64,000 nt of DNA, taken from Terriglobia bacterium. Its GTDB lineage: Bacteria; Acidobacteriota; Terriglobia; UBA7540. This document shows, one piece after another, positions 63,363-64,000 of this stretch. The position numbers were made by a program, and so were the translations under genes. Positions within the stretch are counted from its first letter, which is position 1; every line of letters begins with the position of its first letter. The DNA lies in the NCBI GenBank assembly GCA_035945615.1, contig DASZAA010000346.1, forward strand, positions 17,547 through 81,546. The letters are read 5' to 3'. Below the pieces are notes generated by a model. It searched no databases. It had not been told where the DNA came from and saw only the letters and a list, made by a program, of their open reading frames with translations.

Positions 63363-63925
63363 AGTACGTTATCCGGGCGGCTGCGAGAGACGATATTTTA
63401 CGGCAGTTCCGCTATTACTTGGTTGATCAGGATAAGCCGGAAGTGGCAGACCGGTTCGTCGAAGCCGTAGAGAGGACGATTGATCAGCTCTTGCGCACGC
63501 CGAATGCAGGGGCGCCCAAGCACCTTTCCAACGAATCTCTCTCTGGCCTGCGTTCATGGCCCGTGGAGGGCTTCCAGGACATCCGAATTTACTACCTGGC
63601 CGAAGAGAATGTGTTGCGTGTAATCCGCGTCCTGCACGGGAAGAGAGATATCCGGCGCATTCTAGAAGGGAAGAAGAATGAGGGACGACGCAAAGACGAC
63701 GCAAAAATGAGCGTCGGCCTACAAGTTGAGCTCCACGTAGCCGGGCGAGCCGTACCACTTCCCACAAAGAGGGAGACCCCATTTCCTTCTGAACGCCCCG
63801 CTGGCACGCTGAGAATGGCGCGGGATCGATGGTCAGGGGGCGAGGAAAGGGACGATCCGCAGCACCGCGCTTCGCAGCCGTTAGAACGCTTCGTGCGCAT
63901 TTTTGTGACGTGGTTTGTGACGTAA
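63359..63925 (+). CDS. parE: ParE/RelE toxin; apparent CTG start and run-on C-terminal tail
   Basis: KYVIRAAARDDI...LRSWPVEGF..IYY...RVLHGKRDI; homology ends near 63680. Confidence 0.75.
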   Translation: MKYVIRAAARDDILRQFRYYLVDQDKPEVADRFVEAVERTIDQLLRTPNAGAPKHLSNESLSGLRSWPVEGFQDIRIYYLAEENVLRVIRVLHGKRDIRRILEGKKNEGRRKDDAKMSVGLQVELHVAGRAVPLPTKRETPFPSERPAGTLRMARDRWSGGEERDDPQHRASQPLERFVRIFVTWFVT

Positions 63926-64000
63926 CTGCGCCAATAGGCCCCATATTTCGGCAGTTGGCCGGAGTTGCAACCCAATATTGCCACGTGCATCTCACCCGCA

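Overview
This 64-kb window is accessory, GC-rich DNA; gene content suggests Acidobacteriota (an inference, not a database result). Positions 1-30.5 kb are an integrative conjugative element: leading-region genes (ArdC-like, ParB-like with an internal TAG), a cargo block, a VirB2-3-4-9-10-5-6-8 type IV secretion operon, a putative oriT, a TrwA/B/C-like MOBF module, VirB11, a RepB primase, excisionase and tyrosine integrase. The integrase is followed by an attP-like junction: the 3' half of tRNA-Ala(GGC) with arm repeats on both sides. Next is a repA gene split by a DUF5372/DUF6788/large serine recombinase element. Positions 34.8-64 kb are a decaying cargo mosaic: EmrAB-TolC-type pump, USP, a glycogen/pentose-phosphate operon in which only gnd, zwf and a DUF2090 gene stay intact, mpg, egtBD, DyP/encapsulin, IS and RM remnants, an intact TonB receptor + three AhpD/CMD + MFS operon, and ParDE. 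The best candidate for an undescribed system is a membrane-anchored TPR-CHAT (caspase-like) protease and a PDZ-S41 protease with a zinc anti-sigma/ECF sigma pair whose gene is divergent from the pilin operon, possibly a proteolysis-gated switch for conjugation. All family calls come from motif recognition by eye.
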